Below are positions 15,583 through 24,111 of a stretch of DNA of 32,000 nt, in pieces. The stretch's first letter is position 1. Every line of letters starts with the position of its first letter. Under the pieces are notes generated by a model that did no database searches, was not told the origin of the DNA, and worked only from the letters and a program-made list of their open reading frames with translations. Origin of the DNA: Candidatus Saccharimonadota bacterium (GTDB taxonomy: Bacteria; Patescibacteriota; Microgenomatia; UBA1406; GWC2-37-13); contig CP065004.1 of assembly GCA_016700135.1 (NCBI GenBank), forward strand, positions 1,320,001 through 1,352,000. Direction: 5' to 3'. Made by a program: the position numbers and the translations under genes.

Positions 15583-17347
15583 AAGATTTTTTTGAATATA
15601 AACGTATTACTGAATCGCTTCCTAATTTAGCCTGCCGCTCAACTATCACCCCTTGAACATTCAAAGCCTGATTTCGTTTTTCAGATAAATCCAAAAAATG
15701 TTTTATCTTGTGCGGAGCGCTGGCTTTATTGATATAGGCAAAATCAATTTCCTTGCCTTTTTTCTTGGCTTCCTGCATTGCGTTAAAGTTGTGCGGATTA
15801 GGATTATGTTTATGAAAACTTGATAGATCTATAAACTGTTCATTTTTTAGTTCTACATGCTGAAGTTTCTCTTGGGGAACACCGTCCTGTACTGCTTCTG
15901 TTGCGGTTGGATAATAGGTAATTAAACCTGACCGCTTATTTTCGTGTTTGTAAGCGGAACCGGAAATAGAAACAATACCCTGCTTCTGATTTTCCTGCTC
16001 AACTGCAAAGCCCTTTTGTGATAGCCTTTCTGAAAAAGGAGCCGCTGGTACGGCAGTAATTACTCCTTTAGTCTTAGAACTCTTTTGAGGGATATATGTA
16101 TCAGTTCCTTTGGCTGAAAAATCATTACCCGTGGAACCGTTTGATAATTTCTGTCTCATAGGCAAAGCTTGGCGAATATTTCTTCCTAAAGCATTACTCA
16201 AGCTTCCACCTACTAGTCCTTTTCTGAAACTACCCGCACTAACACCTATTGGAGCGGCAATTGTTCTTGTAGAAACAGCGGCTAGCATGTTTCCAGACAT
16301 TGCTGTCCATACATCTCCAAAGATACGAGCCACCAGCATGTTTACTCCTCCTAGGAAGAATAAAAAGCCGGTATAGAAAAACAGCATCCCTACACTAGGT
16401 CCTTGAGCTTCTAAAATACTTTGAAAGATATCTGTGGCTATAGAAAATCCAAGTACAAATGCTGGCTGCTGGATCAGAAAGGTAAACCAGGTTTTAAAGA
16501 AGGTATGCAAAATACTTTGAGTTCTCTCTGCTAATGCAAAAGGAATAACGATTGGATAAATTACTCCCAGAAACAGCAAGGTAGCAAAGCGAATCACAAA
16601 CTGAAAGCCAATATATAGAAATCCGCAGAGTAAAAATAAAAAGGTGAGAGCAAATAAGAATATCTGAACAATAAACTTGCCAAGTGAACGGAAGATGCCG
16701 CTTTGCAGAGAAATATCAAAAGAAGGTATGCCAAACTTTTCTGAGCTTTGATTTTGCTCAATCTGCTCTCTCGACTTGTCGAAGTAATCATTTAAAAATC
16801 CTGTGAACTCTTGAGTTTCAGAAATTTTCTCTACAAGCAGATTGTTAAACTGCACGCTATAAGAAAGTACTGTCGGAACAGTGAGAAAAAGAGCGATAAC
16901 AATTACAAAGCGTACAGCAAAAGATTTTAGTTCGTGTGCGTTATCAGACCCCAGTTTTGCAATTGCGATAGCTGAAATAATGATTGCCAGTACAGGTATG
17001 GCTATTTGGTAAAAAATATTTCTGTACTTGGTGACCCCTGGAATAGTCGATTCATCTTTAAGAGTTATTTGTTCTGCGAGAGGATCGGGAGTATAAAAAA
17101 TAAATCCTCCTAAAAAGGAGTCAAAGCCGTCAATGAAATTTTTAAGAAGGGTGATGATTGTAGAAGGTTCATCTTGAACAGTGAATTCATTTGTCCATTG
17201 CACTTGCGGCTGAGTAGCCGGTTCAGGCGTTTCTTCTTGGGCATGAACTAATGATGTAGTAAAAAAGCATCCCAGTATGACTGCGCATACCAGCACCAAT
17301 CTTTTCATATCGCTGTTTGTATATGGGAGACTGGTTTTAGCTAGCAC
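15560..17347 (-). CDS. polytopic membrane protein, VirB6/TrbL-like T4SS channel component
   Basis: It has a signal peptide (MKRLVLVCAVILGCFFTTSLVHAQE if the ATG at 17308 is used; 17347 is a GTG). It has at least 6 predicted TM helices and a soluble C-terminal tail. Confidence 0.6.
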   Translation of the reverse strand: MLAKTSLPYTNSDMKRLVLVCAVILGCFFTTSLVHAQEETPEPATQPQVQWTNEFTVQDEPSTIITLLKNFIDGFDSFLGGFIFYTPDPLAEQITLKDESTIPGVTKYRNIFYQIAIPVLAIIISAIAIAKLGSDNAHELKSFAVRFVIVIALFLTVPTVLSYSVQFNNLLVEKISETQEFTGFLNDYFDKSREQIEQNQSSEKFGIPSFDISLQSGIFRSLGKFIVQIFLFALTFLFLLCGFLYIGFQFVIRFATLLFLGVIYPIVIPFALAERTQSILHTFFKTWFTFLIQQPAFVLGFSIATDIFQSILEAQGPSVGMLFFYTGFLFFLGGVNMLVARIFGDVWTAMSGNMLAAVSTRTIAAPIGVSAGSFRKGLVGGSLSNALGRNIRQALPMRQKLSNGSTGNDFSAKGTDTYIPQKSSKTKGVITAVPAAPFSERLSQKGFAVEQENQKQGIVSISGSAYKHENKRSGLITYYPTATEAVQDGVPQEKLQHVELKNEQFIDLSSFHKHNPNPHNFNAMQEAKKKGKEIDFAYINKASAPHKIKHFLDLSEKRNQALNVQGVIVERQAKLGSDSVIRLYSKKSYEKRKDI

Positions 17348-17621
17348 CGCCTACGAACTGCTTCAATATGCTCGCAATACTTGCCGAACCGAAAACCAAA
17401 AGTCCCCCTATCAAAATATTAAATATCCATCCCTTTAGTCGGGATTTTCTTTCGGTATCGTCTCCGCTTGCGATAAGTGCAATTCCTAACGCTGCGATAG
17501 AAAGAGCCATTACTGGAAGTGAGAAGTATTGGAGAGTTTTAACTACACCCCATAGAAGTGCATCAAGGTTAGCAAACTGGATCGGCGAGGCCGTATCATA
17601 ACCAGGTATTTCGTTGCCCAT
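17337..17621 (-). CDS. VirB2/TrbC-like T4SS pilin
   Basis: 94 aa. Two hydrophobic helices (LPVMALSIAALGIALIA and IFNILIGGLLVFGSASIASIL) are separated by a charged loop (SGDDTERKSRLKGW). It is the first gene of the operon. Confidence 0.6.
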   Translation of the reverse strand: MGNEIPGYDTASPIQFANLDALLWGVVKTLQYFSLPVMALSIAALGIALIASGDDTERKSRLKGWIFNILIGGLLVFGSASIASILKQFVGGAS

Positions 17622-17678
17622 AATTTGTTATATTTCTCAAGGGGCAGAACTTATAATTTTAAACTATAAACTGAGCGA

Positions 17679-17707
17679 ATTATAAACAGCAACAGAGGCA
17701 AAGTCAA
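17679..17707 (-). promoter_or_regulatory. consensus sigma70-type promoter of the T4SS-like operon
   Basis: On the minus strand: TTGACT (complement of 17702-17707), an exactly 17-nt spacer, then TATAAT (complement of 17679-17684). It lies about 55 nt upstream of the pilin ATG. Confidence 0.65.
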
Positions 17708-17709
17708 CA

Positions 17710-18786
17710 TTATGTATGAGTTCCATACATATGGCACTCTTTAGGTAAAATAGATAATAGGTAATCCATAGGTGAAATATTGTTCAGGCTTTTGTGAACT
17801 CGCTTTGTATTGTACCAGACGAGGTATTCAATAAGGTGACGATTGAATGATCCGATACCGGTCCACTTGGTATAGATGTAGGGGTTCATAAATTCTTCCT
17901 GGAGTGTTCTGTTTGCTCGCTCAATAAAGGCATTGATCTTGGGACATCTGGGGTAGATAAAGAGGTGTGGGATATTGTTTTCTTCCAGATAGTCATGGAA
18001 GTTTCCCAGATACTCGAGGCCGTTATCTGTTTGTATGGTTTTTATACCATCTTGTATTGGGTATACTAGTTCCAGTCTTCTCATAAAATCAGCACCGTTT
18101 CGGCTGTTGAGTTTTGAGTATCCGTAGGAGAACTGGAATTTGAGTTTGATGTCCACTGCATTGAAGACATACAGCTTGATTCCGTGTACAAACTTCGTGA
18201 TGGTATCAATCTCAATGTATCCGGTATCTTCCACCTTGGGAGACCGCTTGACCTTCTGTCGGTACTTTACTTTCCGTTTTGCAAAGCCACTTGCTGGATT
18301 GTGATAGATCCGGTAGGTCTTGCGCTGCAGGTTGTGTCTTTTGATCACTTTTCCAATGGTTGACTCAGATATAGTTGAAATTCCTTCCTGTAGGCAATAC
18401 TCATCAAGTAAGGGCTTGATCTTCTCCTTTCCCAAACAAAAGTATTGTTCTCGAATCTCTTTGATAAAGGATATGACCTTCGGGTGAGTCTCCATACGTC
18501 GGGGTGTCTTTGGCTTGGTTGTCTCTGGTATCAGGCTATCCAACTGCCCTTCTGAATCTCGCCGTCTCTTCCTCCATCGAAACAATGTCCTTCGTGATAT
18601 CCCATATGCATCAACTGCAGCTTGTATCCCGTACTTCTCTGCAAATGTCAGAACATCGTTTCTGATTTGTGCTACATCTGACTGATTGTAGTCTGATAGA
18701 GATCGTATCTTTTTCATAAGATCTCTATTGTACTGCCAGTCATAACTCCTAATTACTCGAAGCTGATCTCCTCCCCATTTACTCAT
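17710..18786 (-). CDS. IS transposase (identical to copy A over 358 aa)
   Basis: The translation is identical to that of 5715-6797 except for the last residues. Its stop codon TAA is supplied by the flanking target duplication. Confidence 0.9.
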   Translation of the reverse strand: MSKWGGDQLRVIRSYDWQYNRDLMKKIRSLSDYNQSDVAQIRNDVLTFAEKYGIQAAVDAYGISRRTLFRWRKRRRDSEGQLDSLIPETTKPKTPRRMETHPKVISFIKEIREQYFCLGKEKIKPLLDEYCLQEGISTISESTIGKVIKRHNLQRKTYRIYHNPASGFAKRKVKYRQKVKRSPKVEDTGYIEIDTITKFVHGIKLYVFNAVDIKLKFQFSYGYSKLNSRNGADFMRRLELVYPIQDGIKTIQTDNGLEYLGNFHDYLEENNIPHLFIYPRCPKINAFIERANRTLQEEFMNPYIYTKWTGIGSFNRHLIEYLVWYNTKRVHKSLNNISPMDYLLSILPKECHMYGTHT

Positions 18787-18831
18787 AGATGTTAGTTCCC
18801 TATGAGTGCCATATCTTTCGTAACTTATTCA
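17713..18831 (-). mobile_element. IS element copy B (inverted relative to copy A)
   Basis: It has the same ends as copy A and is flanked by the 5-bp direct repeat CATTA at 17708-17712 and 18832-18836. Confidence 0.9.
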
Positions 18832-18904
18832 CATTATTGCATAGGAGAGGGATTTTTGGATATAAAGGGCTGTTTATTAGGAAGATTTTTAATATAATAC
18901 AGCT

Positions 18905-21004
18905 GTGATAAAGTCAGATGCTCCAATTAAAACAAAAAATGATGATTTACTCGGTAGAACTAAATTTTCCGAGTCACTAGGGAAAGCACTTCTACAATGG
19001 AACAATGAAGAGGGTATAGTTATTGGTCTATATGGGAAATGGGGTTCGGGGAAAAGTTCAGCTATAAATCTTGCCACTGAATACATTGAAACTGAGACTA
19101 AAAAGAAAAAGTACAGGAAAAAAGACAAGCCAATTATCATTCGCTTCAACCCTTGGAACTTTACTGAGCAAAACCAGCTCATTACTATCTTCTTCTCTGA
19201 ATTGGCAAAAGCCATAAATTACTATGATAAAGGCGCTGACGCCAAGAAAGTAGGTCAAAAGCTTATAACTTACAGCAAATTTTTTACTGCCCTTTCCCTA
19301 GTTCCGGGACTTGACCCATACAGCAAAATAGTAGAAAAGGTCTTCAAGCAAGTAGGAAAAACTACGAAAGACTGGGGCGAATTACAGACTAAAAATCTGG
19401 AGCAGTACAAGGTGGAGCTCGACAAAGTAATTAAAAAGCTCGGCAGAAAAATAATCATTATTATTGACGATATTGATCGTCTTAATGAGAAGGAAATAAA
19501 GCAGATTTTTCAACTGGTAAAGCAGAACGCCAACTTCCCTAATACTATATATCTTCTGTCGCTTGACCAGGATAAGGCGTTGGAACAGATAGGAGAAAAA
19601 AATGAGTTCTTAGAGAAAATCATACAGGTGAATTTTCATATTCCGGCGGTAGAAGATTTACGTCTCCGTAAAATTCTATTTGAGGAGCTGGATGCAATCT
19701 TGAAGCCATTTCCTGAGGAATTCTGGGATGTCGAACGATGGGGTACAGTTTATCGCAACGGCTATAAGGACCTCTTTGACTCCGTTCGCAATGTGAAACG
19801 ATACATCAATAGTTTGCAGTTCAATATTAGCATCAATGCAGATGAAATAAATCCATTGGATTTCTTTGTAATTGAAGCTATACGAGTTTTTTTTCCAACA
19901 TTCTACGAAGAAATTGCCAGAAATAAGGAGCTGTTTGTTGGTCTCTTCTTCATGGATAACGAACGAGACCGAGAAGGACGGAAAAAGCAGTTTGAAAAAA
20001 TGTTTGAACTCGTGAAGGAAAAAGACAGACGGATTGTCAAGGACCTTATTTTTGAACTCTTCCCACAAGTTGAAGCAGTATACAGAAATCAAACAGAAAG
20101 AGAGCAGGACAACTGGTTCAAGGAGAAAAGGATTTGCTCTGAGAAAAGATTTGGCAACTACTTCTATCTCACGCTGGCAGAAGGTGAAATTTCACAACAG
20201 GAAATGAATGTTATCACAGAGGCAGCATCTAGTCCTAAAGAGCTTTCTAGGATTTTGGAGGGTTTACTAAAGGATGGGAGAATTCGTAGATGTTTGGAAC
20301 GCTTGCCAGAATTCATAGATGTTATTCCCAACGAATATGTGGAAAATTTTATTTTAGCTTTTTACAATGTCTCAGATAGAATTCCCAGAGAACGGAAAGG
20401 AGACTTAGATTTTGGTGTTGAGATAGAATTAGTACGACTTGGATATCACCTCCTTAAAAAACTTCCAGCGAATGAGCGTTATCAGGCCACAGAAAGAATT
20501 ATCAAACAGTCTGAGAGTATTGAAGCTCCTGTCCACTTCCTATCAATAGAAGAAGATGAACATAAAAAGGAAAAAGAAGATAAACTCCATACACCTGAGG
20601 AGTTACAAAAACTTATTACCTCATCTGTAGCAAAAATCAAAGAATTTGCTAAAAACAGAAAGCTCGATACATCTCCTGGTATTGCATATATCCTCTACCG
20701 GTGGAAACGTTGGGGAGATGAAGCAGAAGTGAAGACATATACTAACAAGCTAATAGAAACGCCCAAAGGTATAGCATCTTTTATCAAAGCTTTCTCGTCT
20801 CATATTATTGGAACTAGGGATAAAAAATTTCGAATCGGATTTAAGGAAATATCAGATTTTATTGATTTGTCTGTTCTCAAGGATTCAATTAATAATCTGA
20901 ATGAAGAAGAGAAAAAATCACTTGCTGAGGCAGAGCTTGAGTATGTGAATAGGTACATGAATGGTGTCGATGATGCTCTTCAAGGAAAAGTAGATGACTT
21001 TTAA
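18905..21004 (+). CDS. KAP-family P-loop NTPase
   Basis: The N-terminus reads DDLLGRTKFSESLGKAL, Walker A is GLYGKWGSGKSS and Walker B is IIIIIDDIDRL, followed by a long helical C-terminal region. The start is GTG. Confidence 0.85.
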   Translation: MIKSDAPIKTKNDDLLGRTKFSESLGKALLQWNNEEGIVIGLYGKWGSGKSSAINLATEYIETETKKKKYRKKDKPIIIRFNPWNFTEQNQLITIFFSELAKAINYYDKGADAKKVGQKLITYSKFFTALSLVPGLDPYSKIVEKVFKQVGKTTKDWGELQTKNLEQYKVELDKVIKKLGRKIIIIIDDIDRLNEKEIKQIFQLVKQNANFPNTIYLLSLDQDKALEQIGEKNEFLEKIIQVNFHIPAVEDLRLRKILFEELDAILKPFPEEFWDVERWGTVYRNGYKDLFDSVRNVKRYINSLQFNISINADEINPLDFFVIEAIRVFFPTFYEEIARNKELFVGLFFMDNERDREGRKKQFEKMFELVKEKDRRIVKDLIFELFPQVEAVYRNQTEREQDNWFKEKRICSEKRFGNYFYLTLAEGEISQQEMNVITEAASSPKELSRILEGLLKDGRIRRCLERLPEFIDVIPNEYVENFILAFYNVSDRIPRERKGDLDFGVEIELVRLGYHLLKKLPANERYQATERIIKQSESIEAPVHFLSIEEDEHKKEKEDKLHTPEELQKLITSSVAKIKEFAKNRKLDTSPGIAYILYRWKRWGDEAEVKTYTNKLIETPKGIASFIKAFSSHIIGTRDKKFRIGFKEISDFIDLSVLKDSINNLNEEEKKSLAEAELEYVNRYMNGVDDALQGKVDDF

Positions 21005-21181
21005 GCTGTTGAATTATTATATATTCCATTACATATCGTGACTTCTGATCATTTCAAACATATTTATTACTACTATTCTTTCATTTTTTGCTCTCTTGCT
21101 GTGCATGTGTCAAATATTTACTATAATATTCATATGTCTCTTTGCCGTGATCAATTATCAAAATACATATAGAATAAAAGC

Positions 21182-24109
21182 ATGAATAAATACCAACAAT
21201 TAATTACAACGCTAAATCGATTATTTCAAACAGATCAGGAAGACTTGGATTTTGGTATTTATCGCATAATGAATCAGAAAAGAGATGAAATAAACTCTTT
21301 TCTCGAGAGTGACTTAAAGAAAACTGTTACAGAAGGCCTTTCTCAACTTGAGGAAACCGATACAGAAGCGCTTGCTCAAGAATTGGAAAAAACTGTCCAT
21401 AGCTTAAAAGAAGCAGGTGTAGATCCAGATACGGCTCCAAAGGTAATAGAGCTTAAAAAACAGATTAACGCTTCAAATACAACAGTAGATGCAGAAAACG
21501 AAATATATTCTCACTTAGTAGACTTCTTTAGCAGATACTATCAAGAAGGTGATTTTATATCACAGCGAAGATATAAAGATGATGTTTATGCTATCCCTTA
21601 CCAAGGGGAAGAAGTAAAACTTTATTGGGCCAATCACGACCAATACTATATTAAGACTACTGAAAACTTCTCGAACTACTCTTTTAAGCTTGAAAATGGC
21701 AATACAGTAACTTTTAGACTAGTTGAGGCCTCTACTGAACAGAATAACAATAAGGCTTCTTCCAATGAGGAACGAAAATTTAAACTTGCTGAAGAAAACT
21801 TTATTAAAGAAATTGAAGATGAGCTCGTTATATATTTTGAGTATCTTCCAGTAGGTAAAAAACCTTCTCAAGATCAGTTAATTGATGAAGCTGTTGGAAA
21901 GTTGCTTGATAAAGTACCAGAAGATTTTAGAGAACTAACAAAGACAGTACCAACAAAAAAGAATCCAGACCGGACTGTGTTAAAGAAAAAGTTGAAGGAA
22001 TATACATCAAAAAATACGTTTGACTACTTTATACATAAAGATTTAAAAGGGTTTTTACAAAGAGAGTTAGATTTCTATATTAAGAACGAACTGCTGAACA
22101 TTGATGATCTAGACACAGTAGTTGAGCATAACAAAGATATTTATGCAAAAATAAAAGTTTTTAAGTCTATTTCCTCTAAAGTGATTGATTTTCTTGCACA
22201 AATCGAAAACTTTCAAAAAAAACTATGGGAAAAGAAAAAGTTTGTTACACAGTCAGATTATTTGATAACTCTAGACAATATAGATGAAAAACATTATGAA
22301 GAGATATCAAAGAATAAGGAACAAATCGAGCAATGGAAAGATTTAGGATTTATTTCTGATAAAGATTCTATCACTAGAAACTACTTGAAAGATCACCCTT
22401 TCCTAACTCTAGATACTCAGTTTTTCCCAGAACTTAAAGACGAGTTGCTGGCAAATATTGAAAACTTAGATGAAAAAACTAATGGTCTATTAATCAATAG
22501 TGAAAACTGGCAGGCTCTAAATCTAATTAAGCAAGTTTACGAAGCTGAAGTAAGTTTCATTTATATTGACCCACCGTATAACACAGATTCTACGCCCATC
22601 ATCTATAAAAACAACTATAGGCATAGCAGTTGGCTGAGCTTAATGAGAGATAGAGTTTATCTTTCAAAACCTCTACTAGGCTCTAATACTGCTATGTGTG
22701 TCACTATCGATGATAAAGAATACCCTCGGCTATTTCAGTTATTAGAACAAACCTTTGGTGAATCCGAAGTGTCCCCAGTTGTTATAGAGTACAACCATAG
22801 AGGAAGATCTAAAAATAACTTTGCTATTACTCACGAGTACGGCTTATGGGTTTTACCTGAAGGTAGAGCCACTATTACAAAACAAAAAGAACTTTCTTCT
22901 GGAGTACAAAGAAATCTAAGAAGAACAGGAACTGATTCAAGAAGAAGAGATTCCTGGAGTATGTTTTACGGTATAGAAGTTAACAAAGCAACTTTAGAAA
23001 TAGTTAATGTAACTGATCCACTACCTTTGGACGAAGAAGTTCCCGCTCATATTAATGAAGAAACAGTAATGGTATGGCCTATTGATGATAGTGGACAGGA
23101 AAGGCGTTGGTACTACGGTAGTGAGCGTGTAAGAAACGAAGCAAAAGAAGGGACTGTATGGGCTAAAGAAATAAATGGCTCTATTCAAATTCACTATAAA
23201 CAGCAACCAAAGCCAAAGAGCCGTAAGTCTGTTTGGACTGGGAAACATCTTGACGCTAGTACTTTTGGATCTGAGTTAATAAATGATTTTTTTACTAATC
23301 GAGTTTTTGACTTCCCTAAAAGTATATATGCTGTAAAACAGAGCATCGAAGCGGCTACTGATAGCAAGGAGGCCTTAATACTAGATTACTTTTCCGGTTC
23401 TGCTACAACAGCACATGCTGTCATAAAACTTAATAGAGAAGATCAGGGAAACAGGAAGTATATCTTAGTTGAAATGGGTAAGTATTTTGATACTGTCACT
23501 AAGCCAAGGGTGCAAAAAGTAATCTACTCAGACAATTGGAAAAATGGAAAACCACAAGACACAGACGGAGTTTCTCAAATTGTTAAATACATGAAGTTAG
23601 AATCTTATGAAGATACCCTAAACAATGTAGTTGTAAATAGAAGTAAAAAACAACAAAGCTTGCTTGATAGTAATAGTGAGCTAAAAGAAGATTACTTTTT
23701 ACACTACATGCTTGATGTAGAAACAAGAGATAGCCAATCTTTGCTTAATATAGATGAACTTTCAGATCCATTTAATTATTCTCTACTTTTAACAACTGAG
23801 AATGAACAAAGGAGACAATCGGTTGATGTGGCAGAAACATTTAATTATCTTATTGGTTTGCATGTAGGTAAAAGGTATAAAAAAGAAAATTGTTTAATCT
23901 ATGAAGGCAAACAGCACCAGTCAAATAAAAAAATAGCTATTATCTGGCGAAATACTAACGAAGTTGGGGATGAAGAGATCCAGAAGCTTGTTGAATCTTT
24001 CAGTAAAGAATGCGACATAATATATGTAAATGGTCAAACAGCTGTTAGTTCAAAAGACTGTGAAGTTCTTACTCTAGAACCTGAATTTAAGAAAAGAATG
24101 TTCAATTAG
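21182..24109 (+). CDS. Type III-like (beta-class) N6-adenine/N4-cytosine DNA methyltransferase with ~430-aa N-terminal extension
   Basis: Motif IV (FIYIDPPYNT, residues 459-468) precedes motif I (ILDYFSGSATTAHAV). The pre-motif LINSENWQALNLIK is typical of Mod proteins. Residues 1-430 are unassigned. Confidence 0.85.
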   Translation: MNKYQQLITTLNRLFQTDQEDLDFGIYRIMNQKRDEINSFLESDLKKTVTEGLSQLEETDTEALAQELEKTVHSLKEAGVDPDTAPKVIELKKQINASNTTVDAENEIYSHLVDFFSRYYQEGDFISQRRYKDDVYAIPYQGEEVKLYWANHDQYYIKTTENFSNYSFKLENGNTVTFRLVEASTEQNNNKASSNEERKFKLAEENFIKEIEDELVIYFEYLPVGKKPSQDQLIDEAVGKLLDKVPEDFRELTKTVPTKKNPDRTVLKKKLKEYTSKNTFDYFIHKDLKGFLQRELDFYIKNELLNIDDLDTVVEHNKDIYAKIKVFKSISSKVIDFLAQIENFQKKLWEKKKFVTQSDYLITLDNIDEKHYEEISKNKEQIEQWKDLGFISDKDSITRNYLKDHPFLTLDTQFFPELKDELLANIENLDEKTNGLLINSENWQALNLIKQVYEAEVSFIYIDPPYNTDSTPIIYKNNYRHSSWLSLMRDRVYLSKPLLGSNTAMCVTIDDKEYPRLFQLLEQTFGESEVSPVVIEYNHRGRSKNNFAITHEYGLWVLPEGRATITKQKELSSGVQRNLRRTGTDSRRRDSWSMFYGIEVNKATLEIVNVTDPLPLDEEVPAHINEETVMVWPIDDSGQERRWYYGSERVRNEAKEGTVWAKEINGSIQIHYKQQPKPKSRKSVWTGKHLDASTFGSELINDFFTNRVFDFPKSIYAVKQSIEAATDSKEALILDYFSGSATTAHAVIKLNREDQGNRKYILVEMGKYFDTVTKPRVQKVIYSDNWKNGKPQDTDGVSQIVKYMKLESYEDTLNNVVVNRSKKQQSLLDSNSELKEDYFLHYMLDVETRDSQSLLNIDELSDPFNYSLLLTTENEQRRQSVDVAETFNYLIGLHVGKRYKKENCLIYEGKQHQSNKKIAIIWRNTNEVGDEEIQKLVESFSKECDIIYVNGQTAVSSKDCEVLTLEPEFKKRMFN

Positions 24110-24111
24110 TT

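Noticed and set aside
5670-18831. Composite transposon that inserted here as a single unit
   Set aside because: The outer flanks (ACCAA on the left of copy A, CATTA on the right of copy B) do not match each other, whereas each copy has its own matching 5-bp duplication. That indicates two separate insertions rather than one composite event.
22215-22222. A8 homopolymer inside the methyltransferase gene as a phase-variation tract
   Set aside because: Type III mod genes can be phase-variable. However, A-runs of this length are common throughout this AT-rich block, the gene is in frame, and there is no repeat-number evidence.
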